From: Geosiphon pyriformis uo1
Taxonomy: Eukaryota > Fungi > Glomeromycota
Assembly (NCBI GenBank): GCA_016748015.1
Contig: JAAOMT010000675.1
Location: 558,001-622,000 of the forward strand
Length of the DNA stretch: 64,000 bases
Direction of reading: 5' to 3'
This document shows positions 38,201 through 52,609 of this stretch, one piece after another. A model generated the notes under the pieces. It saw only the letters and a program-made list of their open reading frames with translations. It ran no database searches and was not told the origin of the DNA. How positions within the stretch are numbered: position 1 is the first letter of the stretch; every line of letters begins with the position of its first letter. The position numbers and the translations under genes are program-made.

Positions 38201-41200
38201 GAACATTAAACCTGCTGCAAGCCAAAGAAATTCTGTCTAAAAGAATTTTAGAAAGAATTTTGCAAGCTGTCTCAATTAAGACAATAGAATGAGTATTCAT
38301 AAAAACATCTTTCCATTCATATGGTTTTAGAATCATTAAAACCCAAGTCTCTTTTCAAGAAGAGGGAACTGATTCACATGTTAAACAAAAGTTCAAGAAC
38401 ACTAGCAGCATGTTTAGAACAGACTTGTTACAATGTTTTCACAATTCATTAAATATGTCAGAAAGGCCAGCAGCTTTCCTATTAGGCAGATCTGAAATAA
38501 CATTTAACATTTCTCCAAAACCAATCAAACTTATCACATCTAAAAAAGCACCATTGAAAATATAACTCAGTGGTTGGTATTGGTAAAACTAATTATCAGA
38601 GACATCAAGAATCATCTCACACTTATAAGTTCAGCAATTTATAATCTTATTAATCTTAGATTTAATCATATCAGGCTCCAAAACCAGCTTCTCACCCACT
38701 ATAAGATAGTTCAACACAACTTTTCAGAAAAGACATTCTAGCATACTCCTGATGATATGATTTTTATCAGACTTGAAACTTTCCATTTTTTTATCAATAG
38801 CCAATCTAATTTGAGATTCTTCAGCACACTTGAATTCCAGCAGTTTAGAAGAGCAATAAGATTTTCTAACTTTAGCCAAAACTGATTTAATATTATCAAA
38901 ACAAGACCCAGAACCAACAAGCAACTTTACAGCAGCTGCATTAACAGCATCAACACCCTCCTACTTAACCAGCAAAGAGTCAAATTCATCACAAGAAGCC
39001 AGTTGAGAGGCTTTAACAATTCTAGAAACCAAAAGTTCAAGCTTGTAAAACCTAGACAACTCCCTAGTAAAAGCACAATTGTAGCTTTTGAACTATTTTT
39101 TTTTAAAGATCTTTTCAGCCAATAGGCACATCATCTTATGGATAGTATTCCATATTGTGCCCAAGTCTATGAGTTTTTCAGACTCTATAAAATTTCCAAA
39201 GAACATAACAGCATTATCTGCTGAAACTTCCTTAAACCTAGTCCATTTGTCAACACTCACACTCTTAAAATCAAATTTCCAATAATCTCTGTTTGCTTGC
39301 TTGTAAAGAGAAATCAACCACATGTTCAGCAATCCACTTAAACCCAAAGACACAGAAACAGCTTTGTGATCAGTATCAAAATAGTCCCCAATATCAGCCA
39401 CATTACAACTCACTACTGTGTTAACCAAATTTGAAGAAACAAACACATAGTCAATTAATTTAGCCACACTCTGAAAATTGATCCAAGTTGGCACTTTTAC
39501 AAATGAACTCTCACCCAATAAATTGAACAAACCCAAATTAAGGCATCTTCTGAAACTGGCACACTTAATGGAATCATTTTCATTAAAGTTACCACCCAAG
39601 ATAACAAAAGAGAATTTATTAATTGCCTTTGCAATTATAGAATTAATATTATTAGTTTGAGAAAAATGAACAGCCAGAGACACCAGCATAAAGCCCCAAA
39701 ATTGACACAGAAAGTTTGTTCTTGAAAAGCAATCTAATAGATAGGAGCCAACCAGACACCTCAGAAACTTTGCATACATGTTTTGCTAATGAAAAGTTCA
39801 TGATAATCACAACACTAGCACCCAGATAACCAGATTCCAAACCAGAAGTGAACACCTGCATGCCATCAAATTTGTTGACAATCTAGGAGCAAATCTTTTC
39901 CTTTAACTTCAATTCTGTAAAAATAGAAATTAAATTGTTTATGTCTTTGTGCCAATAAATAATATCATCCTATTTTGTAGGATTATTTATTCTTTTAATG
40001 TTGTAAGTAGCAATTTTCCAAATTAGATCACTTATTGAAAAGTGAGTTGAAGAAACACACTACCAGCCAAAATCAAATTATCAAGATAAGCTGACAAACT
40101 TAGCACTGAAACAGAGAGACTTTTTAGCATAGCTTTAAACTTGGCAGTCTCAAGAGAGACAAATAAACCTAAAGCCTTAACAGTCTTGTCACTAGTGATC
40201 TTACCTAAACTCTCTCCTATTACTATATTGTTCACATAATTCTGCAATGGGGAGAGTTACCAGCAGCTGACATTCAGGACTAAACTGAAAAACAGCTGGC
40301 ACAAGTGATTCCAACCTCTTAGCCAACTTACTAATTTGTCTTGCAAAACTGGCAAGACTGCATTCCAAAGTCATAAACCTTTCTTCAAAGCTGTTTGTAT
40401 CCAGAGAGGTAGGCTTCATCTTTGAAGAAGAGCCAGAGTTTAAAAGACCACTGCATATTAAGAGAAGAGGAACAGAAAATATATCAACAATCTTCACCCA
40501 AGAGATACCATCAAAAAAGACTGGATAAGCAACAGGAGCCAAATATTTGGCATAAATAGCAGCCAGTCTGCTTTTATCAGCATCAGAAAAAACTTTGCAT
40601 GAGAGATTATTGGAGAGAAGTTTTTCACTAGTGATACAGTTCAATAATATATGACCTGAATTCTTATACTTGGCACACTTAGCTAAAACTAGACAAGACC
40701 AATAAAAATAAGTACTCTTCAATACTGGAGTGGTACCTATGGCAGCATTCAATAATTCAGCTGAGTCAAAACAAACAACAGTACATCTGGCCCGAGCATA
40801 AGTAACAGAATAATAATTGATTACACAAGTTTTCTCATCCACAGAACCAATGAAATTCCAGATGTTATAAGCATTTATACCCACTGATAGAGTATAGAGC
40901 AGCACTCTGTAATGATTCTTCATGTTCTATGTTTTCTTGTCCAAGTCTGATCTAGCCACATGTACTGTATCTTTTCCAATCAGAATGAACTATTTGGCTG
41001 TAACCAAATCAGTCTGATCTGACTGGTCAAACTTAACCATAGTTTTTTGCCATAATCTAACCAACTGCATCTTGATTGATCTAATTGAACCAAATTCAAA
41101 CAGCACAGTACACATAGCCTTAGCTAATGTACCAACAGAAATTTTTTTTAACACTACAGTCTGATTTGAATACCCAGATGATTTTTTGAGATTAGTGTTC

Positions 41201-43012
41201 ATCAAGATTTTTACATTAGCAGCCTTTTTGGTGGCATTTGCTAAACTTAATTCAGAAGTAAATATTACTCTAACAATTTCTGAGAATTTTAAGAAATAAA
41301 GACTCCTCCCAAAACCATTAATTTCTAAAAATAATTTTTTTATCACCAAATATTTCTCTTAAGATGTCCTTTTAGCAATTTTGTCTAGTCCAATATTCAA
41401 AACAAAAGATTTATAAATAGAGACATTGACCAAGTTTTTTAAGGGGAGGAGAAGTTCCAGTAGAACATTCAAAAGAACATTATCATCATTATTATCAACC
41501 AAGAAATTAATCTTCTCTAATGGTTTACCCAATGCTTTTGTTGTTTTGACTCACAAATCTTTAGATGTTTGATCAAAATTCTCACCAGTATAAGCACTGC
41601 CTTCACTATAATCAAAGCTGGTTTCCTCAACCAGACACTTCTTTTTCATATTAATACTATTAAATTCAATGGTGTCATTAGTCTTAAAACCCCATGAATG
41701 ACTACTTTAAACATTAAGGACAATTTTTTCATTGCCAAAACCATTCTCCAAAGTACTATTTCTCCTCTTTTTCCTTGGAACAACAGATTTAAAGCTATCA
41801 TTAGAACCAGAAACTTTAATTGTCTTCTTAGAATCAGAAACTTTAACTGCCTTCTTCATAACAGCAATACTACAGCCAACAGTAGACTTGTAGTCAAAAA
41901 TAAATGGTTTTACTCATAGAAAAAGAATACAAGAAAATAGTAGAAAAAACAGATAAGGAAAATAGACCAATAAGAGAATAGTATTTAGCATGTAAGCACA
42001 TTGCTCAGCAATATAAAGCATTGTCAGAAAATCATGGCACATTGTTCAGCAATGAGCACATTGTCAGAAATTACAGGTATATTGTTCAGCAATATAAGCA
42101 TTGCTTGAGAAATCATGGCAAATTGCTCACAAATGTACAGAATCTCATATAACATAAATTATATATATATAGCAAGAGTGTTAAAAGCAGAAAAAGTAAT
42201 TCCAAGAGAATTCAAGAATTCCTGGAGAATTCAATAGAGTTTTATTAATTTAGAACAATCTCCTTTCTTCTCTATTTATTAACTCTCATTTCAAGAATAG
42301 TTGCTATCAACCAAAATGGAATTATATAAATAAAAGATCTCACCAATTCTTCAAATTCATGTTATTGTCATTTGTTTGAAAATATAATCACTCTTCCATT
42401 TATCAACACTTCATATTGATAAAATCCAACACTTAACCACACTAGAACAATAGCTCTTGATCATGACTATTGACAGGATACTAACTTGAATTACCTTGAC
42501 TTATTTCTAATTTCTTATTTTCTTTTTATTTTATTTTCTTTTATTTTATTTTCTTTTATTTGTTAACTTATTACTGATTAAAAAAATTAAACATTGAGTA
42601 ATTGATGTTAAAGATAGCCTAGTAAAAGACCCAGAAATAAGGATAGAATTATATATATTAACGGATAGCTTACCAGAAGGGCACAACTGCCAGATTAAAC
42701 CGGCCACCATGCTGAAGACAGAAATTGGGAAAATGACTTGAGAAATCAACCAAAACCAACCATAGTGAATCTCTGTTCATTATACAAAAGACTCTACAAC
42801 AAAACCTTCAGATAAATCAACACCTTCAGATATTACCAACAACATTATATTAATTGAGTACCAAGTTATGAGTTTGTTATTTGCTTTAAGACTCCAAATA
42901 ATCACCTGTAACAACAGTTTAAATTTATTATACTGAATTGTAAAAAACTTCTTTTAAAAAAAACTTTTTGGCTTTTTTTTGGGAATTTTAGATAAAGGAA
43001 AGAAAGAAGTTT
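35221..43012 (-). mobile_element. Second, more decayed full-length LINE with a solo LTR in its 5' region
   Basis: ORF2 remnants 35350-40030, ORF1 remnants 40032-41900, 5' UTR 42940-43012 similar to 17905-17975; probable TSD TTTTAAATAATT at 35209-35220 and 43013-43024. Confidence 0.85.
41991..42913 (+). mobile_element. Solo-LTR-like element (~920 bp) with ~40-bp internal tandem repeats
   Basis: TGTAAG...TGTAACA termini; GCACATTGYTCAGCAAT... repeats at 41996-42130; related copy ends at 25533; TSD not clear. Confidence 0.65.
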
Positions 43013-44437
43013 TTTTAAATAATTATATTATATTAAAATTTAATTATTAAAAAAATTTTAATAAAACCACAAAAATTAAATTCGTTTATATTAAACTTAT
43101 TTTTTAATTTTTATATAATTTTATTTATTAAAATTAATTATTAAAAACAATATTAACTTTTTTTATTTTAAGATTTTTATATGTATTTTTAACTATAAAA
43201 AAAATAATTAAAATAATTAAAATACTAATTAATTTAATAATAAACTTAATTAATACAGTTAAATTAGTAATTTAAGATTCTAAAAAATTTAATCTAAAAC
43301 TAATCAGCAAAAACAATCAAAAATACAGTAATAAAAGAAGCCAATAGTACAAAAATCTTAATATATAGCTTAATAATAACAAAAAAAATTATAATTTTTA
43401 AGAATATTTATTAATTTAGATAAAAACTTAAAAAAAAAATGAAAAAATTTTATAATTTATAATTAAATAGTCTAAATTTTAATATTTATAATAACAGTAA
43501 TATTTAAAATTCTATTATTATTATAAATATTTGAATTAATAATTAGTTTGTAAATTAATGTTTTTGATTTTAATTATAATTTGAAGATTTTGGTTTATTT
43601 AAAAATATTTAATAATAGAATTTTTTGTATAATAAACAAAATTTAATAATAATAATAAATAATAAATAATATTTAATTTTTTAACATAATAACTAATTTA
43701 TTCTGATGTTTTTTATTCTTTTGGTAAACAATTTTAGTTTTTTAACTATTTTTCTCAAATAATTTTAATGTTATAATTTTAGTACTTTTTTTTAATTAAT
43801 TAATAAACAAAAAACAAATCCAAAAAATAAAAATTAATTTCTTATTAATAAGTATAATTAAAAGCTATTGTTTTAATGTTATTAATAGTATTATATTAAT
43901 ATTATTTATAATAATTAAGAAATAATTAGATTTTAATAAAATAAATATAGATTTATAAAAATTGAATTTTAAATAAATGTTTTTTGTTATAAGTGCTAAA
44001 TTGTTAACTATTGAAGTTACTTAATAAAAATTAAATTAAACTTATTTGTTTTTTTGCTTTTATAATTATTATTATATATATAAATTTTTATAATATAAAA
44101 TTTTTAAAATTTTTAATGATTTTTATACTTTTTTTAAATTATTGTTAAAATTTTTGATATTTTTGTTAGTTTTTCTAAAATTTTTGAAATTTTTGTTAAT
44201 ATTTTTAAAATTTTTAATATTATATATTTAGATAATTTATATTATATTTTTATTTGTTATTTTTTTTGTTTTATTTTATAAATAATATTACTAAATATAA
44301 TATTTATATAAAGTATTAATCTTTAAATAATAAAATTTATAATTTTAAAAACTTAAAAATTACAGCAATAAAATATTAATAATAATAAAAATTAGAAAAA
44401 CAAAAATAAAACAAATTAATTACCAATTTAAAAAAAT

Positions 44438-45110
44438 ATGTTGAGGTTTCGGACCATATGTTTTTTTGCCCATTTGATACTGCTGGTCATGCTCAGTTAG
44501 TGAAGGTTCATGCATTTGCTTGGGAGTCATACTCAAGCTTATATTACTTTTCTTTATGTGTTTCGCAGTTGCTTTCTACTTGCTTCTCCAATATTGGTGT
44601 TGGTATGGCTCTGTGTAAGGACTTCGTTTTCAAGAAGTGATATCGTGAATCTGTTGCTGTTTTTAGAGACTCTAAGATTGCAGCTCGGAATATCATGGCC
44701 TTTATGAATGAATTTTGTCTTGTGTTTTGTGATGATGTTTGGCTAGTACACGCTAAGCACTGAGCAGTTATGAAGAAAGCTAACATAATCCCACATGATG
44801 GTTCTGTTCCTGTTTCTGTCTCTGGTCTTTTTTTGGTGCTCTTGGCCAGTGTGGTTAGATTGTTAGGTATTGCGGACGCATTTGGTGTTCATTTTGGGTT
44901 TCATAAATTTTGTTTATTTTTTTCTGGTTTAGGTGACATGGTTTTGGTACATATAAGTACCTAGTGTTGTCCTGACTAGCTTGAGTGGCTGTTTACATGT
45001 AGAAAATGCATGATTCATATTTAATTTAGATTACCTGTATGATATATTGTATTAGACAGTATTTGGACCTCACTCATTAAAATAAAAAAAATTAAAAAAA
45101 TTAAAAAAAT
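44438..45110 (+). mobile_element. 5'-truncated LINE copy
   Basis: ORF2 C-terminal remnants 44458-44964, family 3' UTR, A-rich tail. Confidence 0.85.
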
Positions 45111-45399
45111 TAAATTGCTAATTTTAAAGACTATATAATTAAAAAAAATTAACTAATTTAATTTTAAAAATGTTTTTTAAAATAATAACTTTTTTTTAAT
45201 ATAAATTAGCAAGCAAAAATAATAATAATAGTAAAAAAGTTTTTAAAATAAAAAATAGTATATTGTTATAAGTCTATATATTTTAACTTAATAAAATAAT
45301 TTTATTAAAAATACTAAGAATATTTTTATAAAAAGCTTAAAAGTTTTTAATAATAGACTAATTAATAAACCAATCTTCTTAACTATTATTACTATACTT

Positions 45400-47300
45400 A
45401 GTATTATTAACACTACTTCTTTAAAATAATCAAAAAAACCAAAGATTTCAAAAAGTAGAAGCAGTTACTTGTTTTTGTTATTGTTACACTAAAATTTTTG
45501 TGGTTTTAAATAAAATCTTGGATAAGATTTCTATTATATTATTTAGGATATTATTTAAAATAAACCAAAATCAATTACTGGCTATATTGCTAAATATGAT
45601 ATCTTTTGGCAAATTTTTATTGATTTTAAAAGCAAAGCAATAGTTTTTTATTAAATTATTTGTTCTTGAGAACTGAACTGATTAAATAAAAACTAATTTA
45701 TTATTATTATTTTTAATTTTTGGTGTTGTTATTGATAATATTTAAGAAATTATCTTTAATTATCAAAAGTTTACTGAATAAATAGTCTTTATTTTAATGT
45801 TTAATACTATTTTTAAAATCAAATTAACTTATATTAAGACTGTTTTTTAGTTTGTACATGGTTTTTTAGATGTAAAATCAATATTAAAGAACAATATAAA
45901 GCTTTTTTGCATGGAGTTTGCTTCTTAAAAGTTTCTAAAAACTGTGATTTTGGTCAAGCTTACAAGCTTTGTTTATTAGATCACTTTTAAAATTACTAAA
46001 TTTTTGGTGGTTTTTGAATTTGGTTTTTTTTTTGCTATTATTGTGCTGTATAATATGTCTTTAGATATATTTATTGTTAAGATTAAGACAATACTTAGTG
46101 TGTTTAATAAGATTACTTGTATTATACTAAAGTTTATTGGTATTTGATAATACATAGTTGTTTATTTTAAAAAACCAAATGTTACTGTATCTATTTTGAA
46201 TTATTAGTTAGTTCTAATAAATAAAAATAGTATTAAAATTTTTTTTTTGGTTAATTAAAATAAGACTATTTTATTTTAAGATAGATTTAAAACCAAGTTA
46301 GTTAACTTTTTCTTTGGTTATACTGTCTTTAAAATCAGCAATATGATTTTGCAAATTAGTAATTAATTCTGTTTTATTTTTTACTTTTCAAATTCTGATT
46401 GTTATTTTCAGTTTGCATTGATTATATTTAGTTTTTAGATGAATTTAAATATTATAATAATTAAGATTAGTATATTAAAAAAGTGTTATATTTGATGAGA
46501 AATTTTTAGTTATTAATAATATTTTAAGTATTAAAAAATAAGCCATTTGACTATAAATTGTAAAGTGTTTTTACTTTTTTTTTCGAAAATTTTCAAAGTA
46601 TTTATACTCTGTTTTATAGACACAAAATCTTATGTTAAGATTTTTGTTTTTGCAAGCTTTTTTGAATTTTTTTTTTTGGCAGATCTTTTTTTTTCTTCTA
46701 TAATTGTTAATAATTTTTTAGTTGGTTTTTTTAGAGTTTGATTTGGCCAAGTTAATTATTTTGATTGGATTTATTATTAAGTCTATTGGTTTTTTAGTAA
46801 CTGTATTTAAATAATTTGTTAAGAATAATTTTGTTTTAAATAGTATTCTTAGCTTTAGAATTAATAAGTTTATAGTATATCTAAGTGTTTTTAGCAAAAT
46901 TGTTGGTAAGTTAAAAAAAAATGGTTTTATTAAAAAATAAAGTTATAAACATATTTGGTGGTTCAATAAGTCAAGTTATTATTAATAATAAAATGTTTTT
47001 TAATTTGATATTATTTTGATTTATAAATCTGTTAATATTAAAATTAATTTCTTAAAAACAGTTAAATAGTTAATTAGATTAGTTTTTTATAATATTACTT
47101 TGTTTAATATAATTTAAAAAATGTTTTTTTTAAATAATTTTTCTTTTGTTGTATCAATATAATATAGCCTAAATTGGGTTAAATAGATAGTTACATATAA
47201 AAAGTCTGTAAATTATATTTAGTATTAAGATATTTAGTTTGTTTTTAACTTTTAAATAGTAGTTGGATCATACTTATTAAATATTTAATAAAAAAATATT
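45400..47300 (+). mobile_element. Heavily eroded divergent LINE remnant (left boundary approximate)
   Basis: 3' end carries a decayed family 3' UTR and matches 22470-22760. Confidence 0.5.
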
Positions 47301-48782
47301 AAAAAAATATTAAATACAATAGAATAAACATAAAAAAATACAAAAATTATTATAAACAACTTTATAATCTTAAATATAATTAAAAAAACAAAAATACCAA
47401 TAATAATTTTGGAAATAATATTTAAAAAAGTTTAAAATATAAAATTTATATAAAGCAACTTAATATTGTTTTTTAAAATTAACTTAAGTTCAACAAAACC
47501 AGATAGCAAATAAAACAAAAAATTAATAAAAGCCAATTTAATCTTAAATATAATATTAGACATCAAAATAAATATTATTTACCCAAAAAATTTTTAATAA
47601 TTACAAATTATTTCTTAAATATTATTAAAAACAAAAAAAAAATCATTAATTCAATTTTTATTTAATTAGTTTAATTTTTAAAATTAAATAGCTTAATAAA
47701 TTAATTAATTAAAAACATGTTTAAAAACATGTCTTATTTTGCTTTTAAAACTAATAATAAAATATTATATTTAATAATATAGCTAATAATTAATTTTAGA
47801 TTATTTTAAAAAACATATTGTTATTATTATGCTTATATTAAAAAAAAGTTATAATTGCTATAATAAAAATTTTATTCAAGATTTTATTTAAAACTACAAA
47901 AAAATTTGATATAATAATAGTAAATAAGAGCAATTATTATTGTTTCTTGGACTTTTTGACCATTTGTAAAGTAATAATAATAATAATAGTGATAAAAACA
48001 AAAAGACCAATTTGTTAACTAACTTATTATTAAAAACTTTAAGGCTTTTAAAGAAAATAAAAACAATACTAAAACTAATTCTAATGTGTTTCTTAAAAAA
48101 AACTTAAACTAAAAAAAACCACTAATCAAAAAAGAAAAAAATAGGTTAAAAATTACCAAAAACACCATTATACTATTAATATTTAAAAAAAATATTTTCA
48201 AGGTATTTGTTTAATTGCTTTTATAATAAAGAACATTTTGTTAAAACTTTATTAATTATTATAGAAAAGTAATATTTGCAACTATTTTATTCTTTGCTTT
48301 AATTATGGCTATAAAAATAAGAGAGAAAAATTTTTTGTATAATACTTTTAATTTTTTAATTATGGTTTAACCTATTGAGTTGTTTTTGTTAAACAAAAAT
48401 AATATATATATAATTATTAAAATTACACAAAATTATTATTAATTATATGTACATATATATACATATTAAAACGTTTATTAACAATAAATTTTATTGCTCA
48501 AATTTTACAAAAAATTTTTACAATTAAAATTAACCTTGGTTTTACACATTTAAATACAACTTTGTAATTTAATTATCCTGATTTTATTTTCATATTGCTA
48601 TATAGCAAGGAAATCAGATATAATAAAATCAGAAGTTGGTTAAGAATTGAAATACATCAAAAGAAACAAGCTAGCCAAATGTCTAAATGCTGACTTGTAG
48701 ATTGGGTGATTTGAAAATTTAGTTATTTTTAAAATTCACATAAGATCGGTCAAGAAGCAGTTTTAAACTTGCAATTTTAGCC

Positions 48783-50417
48783 ATGTTTGTTTCTAGGTTT
48801 TCAAGACCCGCACTAAAAAGGCCTTTACAGCTTTTATCTCAAAGCTCTTTCACTCAGGTTGTGATTGGCCAATAATAACTTTACTCGCAAAAAGTAACTA
48901 ATCTTTAGCCGAATCTCTCGTATAGGCTCGATGCAGCTTTTCTACCGCTACCTCTAGTCAATCGGTTCGCATTTTCGTTTTTTGCTCTTCATAGATTTCG
49001 TTTTATAATTTCAGGTTTCAGTTAAATCAAATTCGTTTTTCCAAGAAGGAAAATTTGCCATTCCAACACAGTGTCTTAATAATATAATGTATTCACATAT
49101 TTAAGATTGTACTGAGTTCATGGCAAAATAAAGTTTTGCTATATGGAGGATTGGTTAAGCCCTAATACGTTTGCACAGAAATTACTTTAATATCATTCAA
49201 TCTCTCTAGACCTTAAAGGCTTTTGGAACTCCCGCAGCCGCTATTGCTTTGATCTTGGGTGGTGGCGGTTATTTTCTATATGCTAATCCTATACATGCCA
49301 ACATGGTCGATGAAGGACTTCATCCAGCCGCCTATCCTTGGTCACATAAGGGACCGCTCAGTTCTTTTGATCATGCTAGGTGAGGTTTAAAGAATAACTC
49401 GTTTTTAAGGATCCTTTCTTGAAATACCCATAAAAATTATATGATGAGCGATCGGGGCCTTTTATTTATCTATAATTATTATATTTTCAAAAGCATACGT
49501 CGTGGCTATCAAGTCTATAGAGAGGTTTGCTCTGCATGTCATTCATTAGAATTCGTTGCGTGGCGCAATTTGGTCGGAGTTTCGCATACACTGGACGAAG
49601 TCAAAGCGATGGCTGAAGAAGTCGAATACACTGACGGTCCTAATGATCAAGGTGAAATGTACCAACGGCCTGGTAAACCATCTGATTATTTTCCCAAACC
49701 TTATCCTAATGAAGAAGCGGCACGTGCTGGTAACGGTGGAGCCCTTCCTCCAGACCTTTCATTAATGATCAAGGCGCGTCACGGTGGTGCGGTATGTATT
49801 CTAAATTCTTTGTCTCAAATTGCTTACTAATTTGTGCGTCGAAACGTTCAGAGTCGAAGTTTTGAGAAGGTATTGAAAGCAATATGCTTTCTGCTCATGA
49901 TCCATCTTCTTAGGATTATGTTTTTGCACTGCTTACTGGGTACGTAGATCCGCCAGCTGGTGTCGAGATTCGGGAAGGATTAAATTATAATCCTTATTTC
50001 CCTGGCGCTGCAATCGCCATGGCGAGGCTCTTGTATGATGGTTTAGTTGAATATGAAGATGGTAATATTTTATTTAACCAATTAATTACAACTTTGCACT
50101 TATGAAAAATTAAATGGATAAATTTTTTCTTTCAGGCACTCCTGCAACGACTTCTCAAATGGCCAAGGATGTAACAACCTTTCTGTCATGGGCTGCAGAA
50201 CCCGAGCATGATGATCGTAAAAAGATGGGTGCCAAAGCAGTAGTTATTCTCTCCATACTGACCCTACTTTCCGTTTGGATAAAGAAAAATCGGTGGGCCG
50301 TACTTAAATCTAGGAAGATAGTGTATGTTTCTATAATATTAATTTTATTGATTTCTATTATTCTGATCAACATAACATTTGCTGTTTTCCTTTAGTTATG
50401 CCCCCCCGCGAAGATAG
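48783..50417 (+). CDS. CYT1: Mitochondrial cytochrome c1 (multi-exon)
   Basis: [30 protein letters not shown] (CxxCH heme motif), [49 protein letters not shown]. Confidence 0.96.
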
Positions 50418-50902
50418 GGGCTCTAGCCAAAATTTAAATTTATCCCACGAAAATTACTCGGCGCGATCAACTATTTTATTAGTGTGCAAAATCAAATGTT
50501 ATCCGCAAGTATTCCTCGAACATTATATACTATTCAGAGCGCTCTTGAAACAATAAACAATGTATGAAAGTCACTAGGAGGAGATTTATCAAAAGTAAGG
50601 TATCAATTTTCGCCCTCGCATTTTGCTATATCGATGCTATGGTTAAGAAATTTTTTACCCTGCATGATTCAATATTGATGCGGCTATTTTTTTATGGCCG
50701 TGTATGTACGGGTGGGAAAGATCTGTGTACTTGATTCTGGTCTTTGGGTCAAAACTTTTTTGATTCATGGATTTGGAAATAGATTATTGGGACAGAAAAA
50801 CTTGGGCGTTATGAATTACTCGTCACTTGCTGGAAAATTTCGATTGTCAATACGCACTTTCCAAAGAAATAATTGATCCAATAGCCAATTTTACTAGAAA
50901 AG

Positions 50903-52609
50903 TTACATTCCAAGATTTTCCTCTTGTTGGCCAACATCAGGTGCATTTGTTGGGATTAATGAGGCAACAAAAGTCCACAATCCATGCTCAATATCTCTCC
51001 AAGTTAATGGTTGATCTATGGCTGGGTTAGCTGGCGCCTCATTGGAAGTGCCAGCAGTAGGGTCATTATGTAAAGATGGTATAGATGTTGAATTATCATG
51101 GTTGCGAGAGACATTTTCCTCTGAAGCCCTTTCGTTATTTTGAGAGCTTGAAGATGCCTGATTCAATTGTGAAGATGATGAGGGGCTATGGGAGGACCCA
51201 CTAGCTGCATTTTGTTGTCCAATGGAGGGAGCAACGCCTTGATCATGAGGAATTGCTGGTGGAATTTGTGGTGGGGCTATTCGCAAAAAGTGAATTAATA
51301 AAAAAATTTAGAATAAATATAAAAAATCACCTCATACCAAACACATTATTATTGAAGGCATGGGCAGCAGCAGCGCGATGTCTTCGTCTCCTAACAATTC
51401 GCAACCTTCCTGTTTGATATCTAGCAATTAAACATGTTTATCAGTAAATTATGAAGCACTTCTCATAGAACATTTACAAAGTAAATTGAGCTCACAAGAA
51501 AACAACTAGAGCAAAAATATGCAAAAGAATGATTCGCTCCACACTGGCGTTCTGCGAAAAGAGATAAACTAGGAACCCTAATTTCAAAACGAGCCAAAAA
51601 GTGGCAGCCCGCCGCCGGTTACGCCCCCCAGCATCATTATTTTGATCAGGTTGTGGTGGGACAAACACTGGTTGTGCTTGTACAACCTGCTGAGGTGGGT
51701 TCAAATTTACATTATTTTGTAAGGGAGGTTGATAGGAAAAAGGATATTGAATGTATTGTACTGGCATCATGTAAGGCAACCCACTAGAATGAAAATGCTT
51801 TGAATTAGCTTTAATTAAGGCGCCAAAAAGATCATATCTAAGAAAACATACTTTATCATGACGCAGTAGTACAAAGGATATCTCCAAGGAATACTAGTTT
51901 GTTGCACCTGTTGTTCAGCAAAACTTGAATACTGAGGTTGGGATTGTTGCTGCGCCGGGAGGCTATTTGGTTGAGAACTATGTATAGCTTGTTGTGTACC
52001 CCTGGCATATTGCTGCTGCATTTGTTGAAATAGTAATTCTTGTTGAAATTGAGGTGGAGGGATTTGGACTGTTTGGAAAGTGGTAGAAGGATAACCCGAA
52101 ATATGAGGAGCTTCATGGCCTAAGGAAGATTGAGATTCTCCCGGTATTTGATTTTTAGCAGCTTGCTTATTAGACGCACTACTCGAGGGATTATTATTCG
52201 AATCAGGTAATTGGTTTCCATAATTTCGCCGACGAAGCCAAGGATATGAAGATCGGATTGCTTGGGCAACAGTGGAACTTACACCCTTAGCAGTTTCAAG
52301 ATCAAATGAAGGTTTAACAACTAAATGAAATGTCTGATCAGTTGAGAGGTCATCTTTTAAAATTTCAACAATCAGTTCTGAATCTTTCAAAACTCTTCCT
52401 CTGTAAATCAATTTTTGTTCAGGTATCTTAGGTTTGAGAGGATGATTAACAGAAATTATTTTTTTCAGAAGCAACACTGAAGATTGGGCCTTTGTAAGTA
52501 TAGAGAAGTCTTCGGGCAAGGTAATGGCTGGAGATCTGATAAATATTCTAACATGAGAATTGGGAATTTTCCCGGCAGACTCCTTGGTCAAAAACTCAAC
52601 GTCGGACAT
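50903..52609 (-). CDS. HERPUD/Usa1-like ubiquitin-like-domain ER membrane protein
   Basis: N-terminal UBL (QKLIYRGRVLKD...TFHLVV), Q/P-rich linker, two TM helices (WLVLKLGFLVYLF...VVFLYQTG), C-terminal WTFVASLIP. Confidence 0.75.

Noticed and set aside
41996-42130. CRISPR-like repeat array (also 3663-3750, 20247-20440, 20790-20880)
   Set aside because: Degenerate tandem units without unique spacers, inside LTRs or eroded TEs, no cas genes, eukaryotic context
48783-50417. Mitochondrial DNA insertion (numt) explaining CYT1 or COX7c
   Set aside because: Both are normal nuclear genes with spliceosomal introns and presequences
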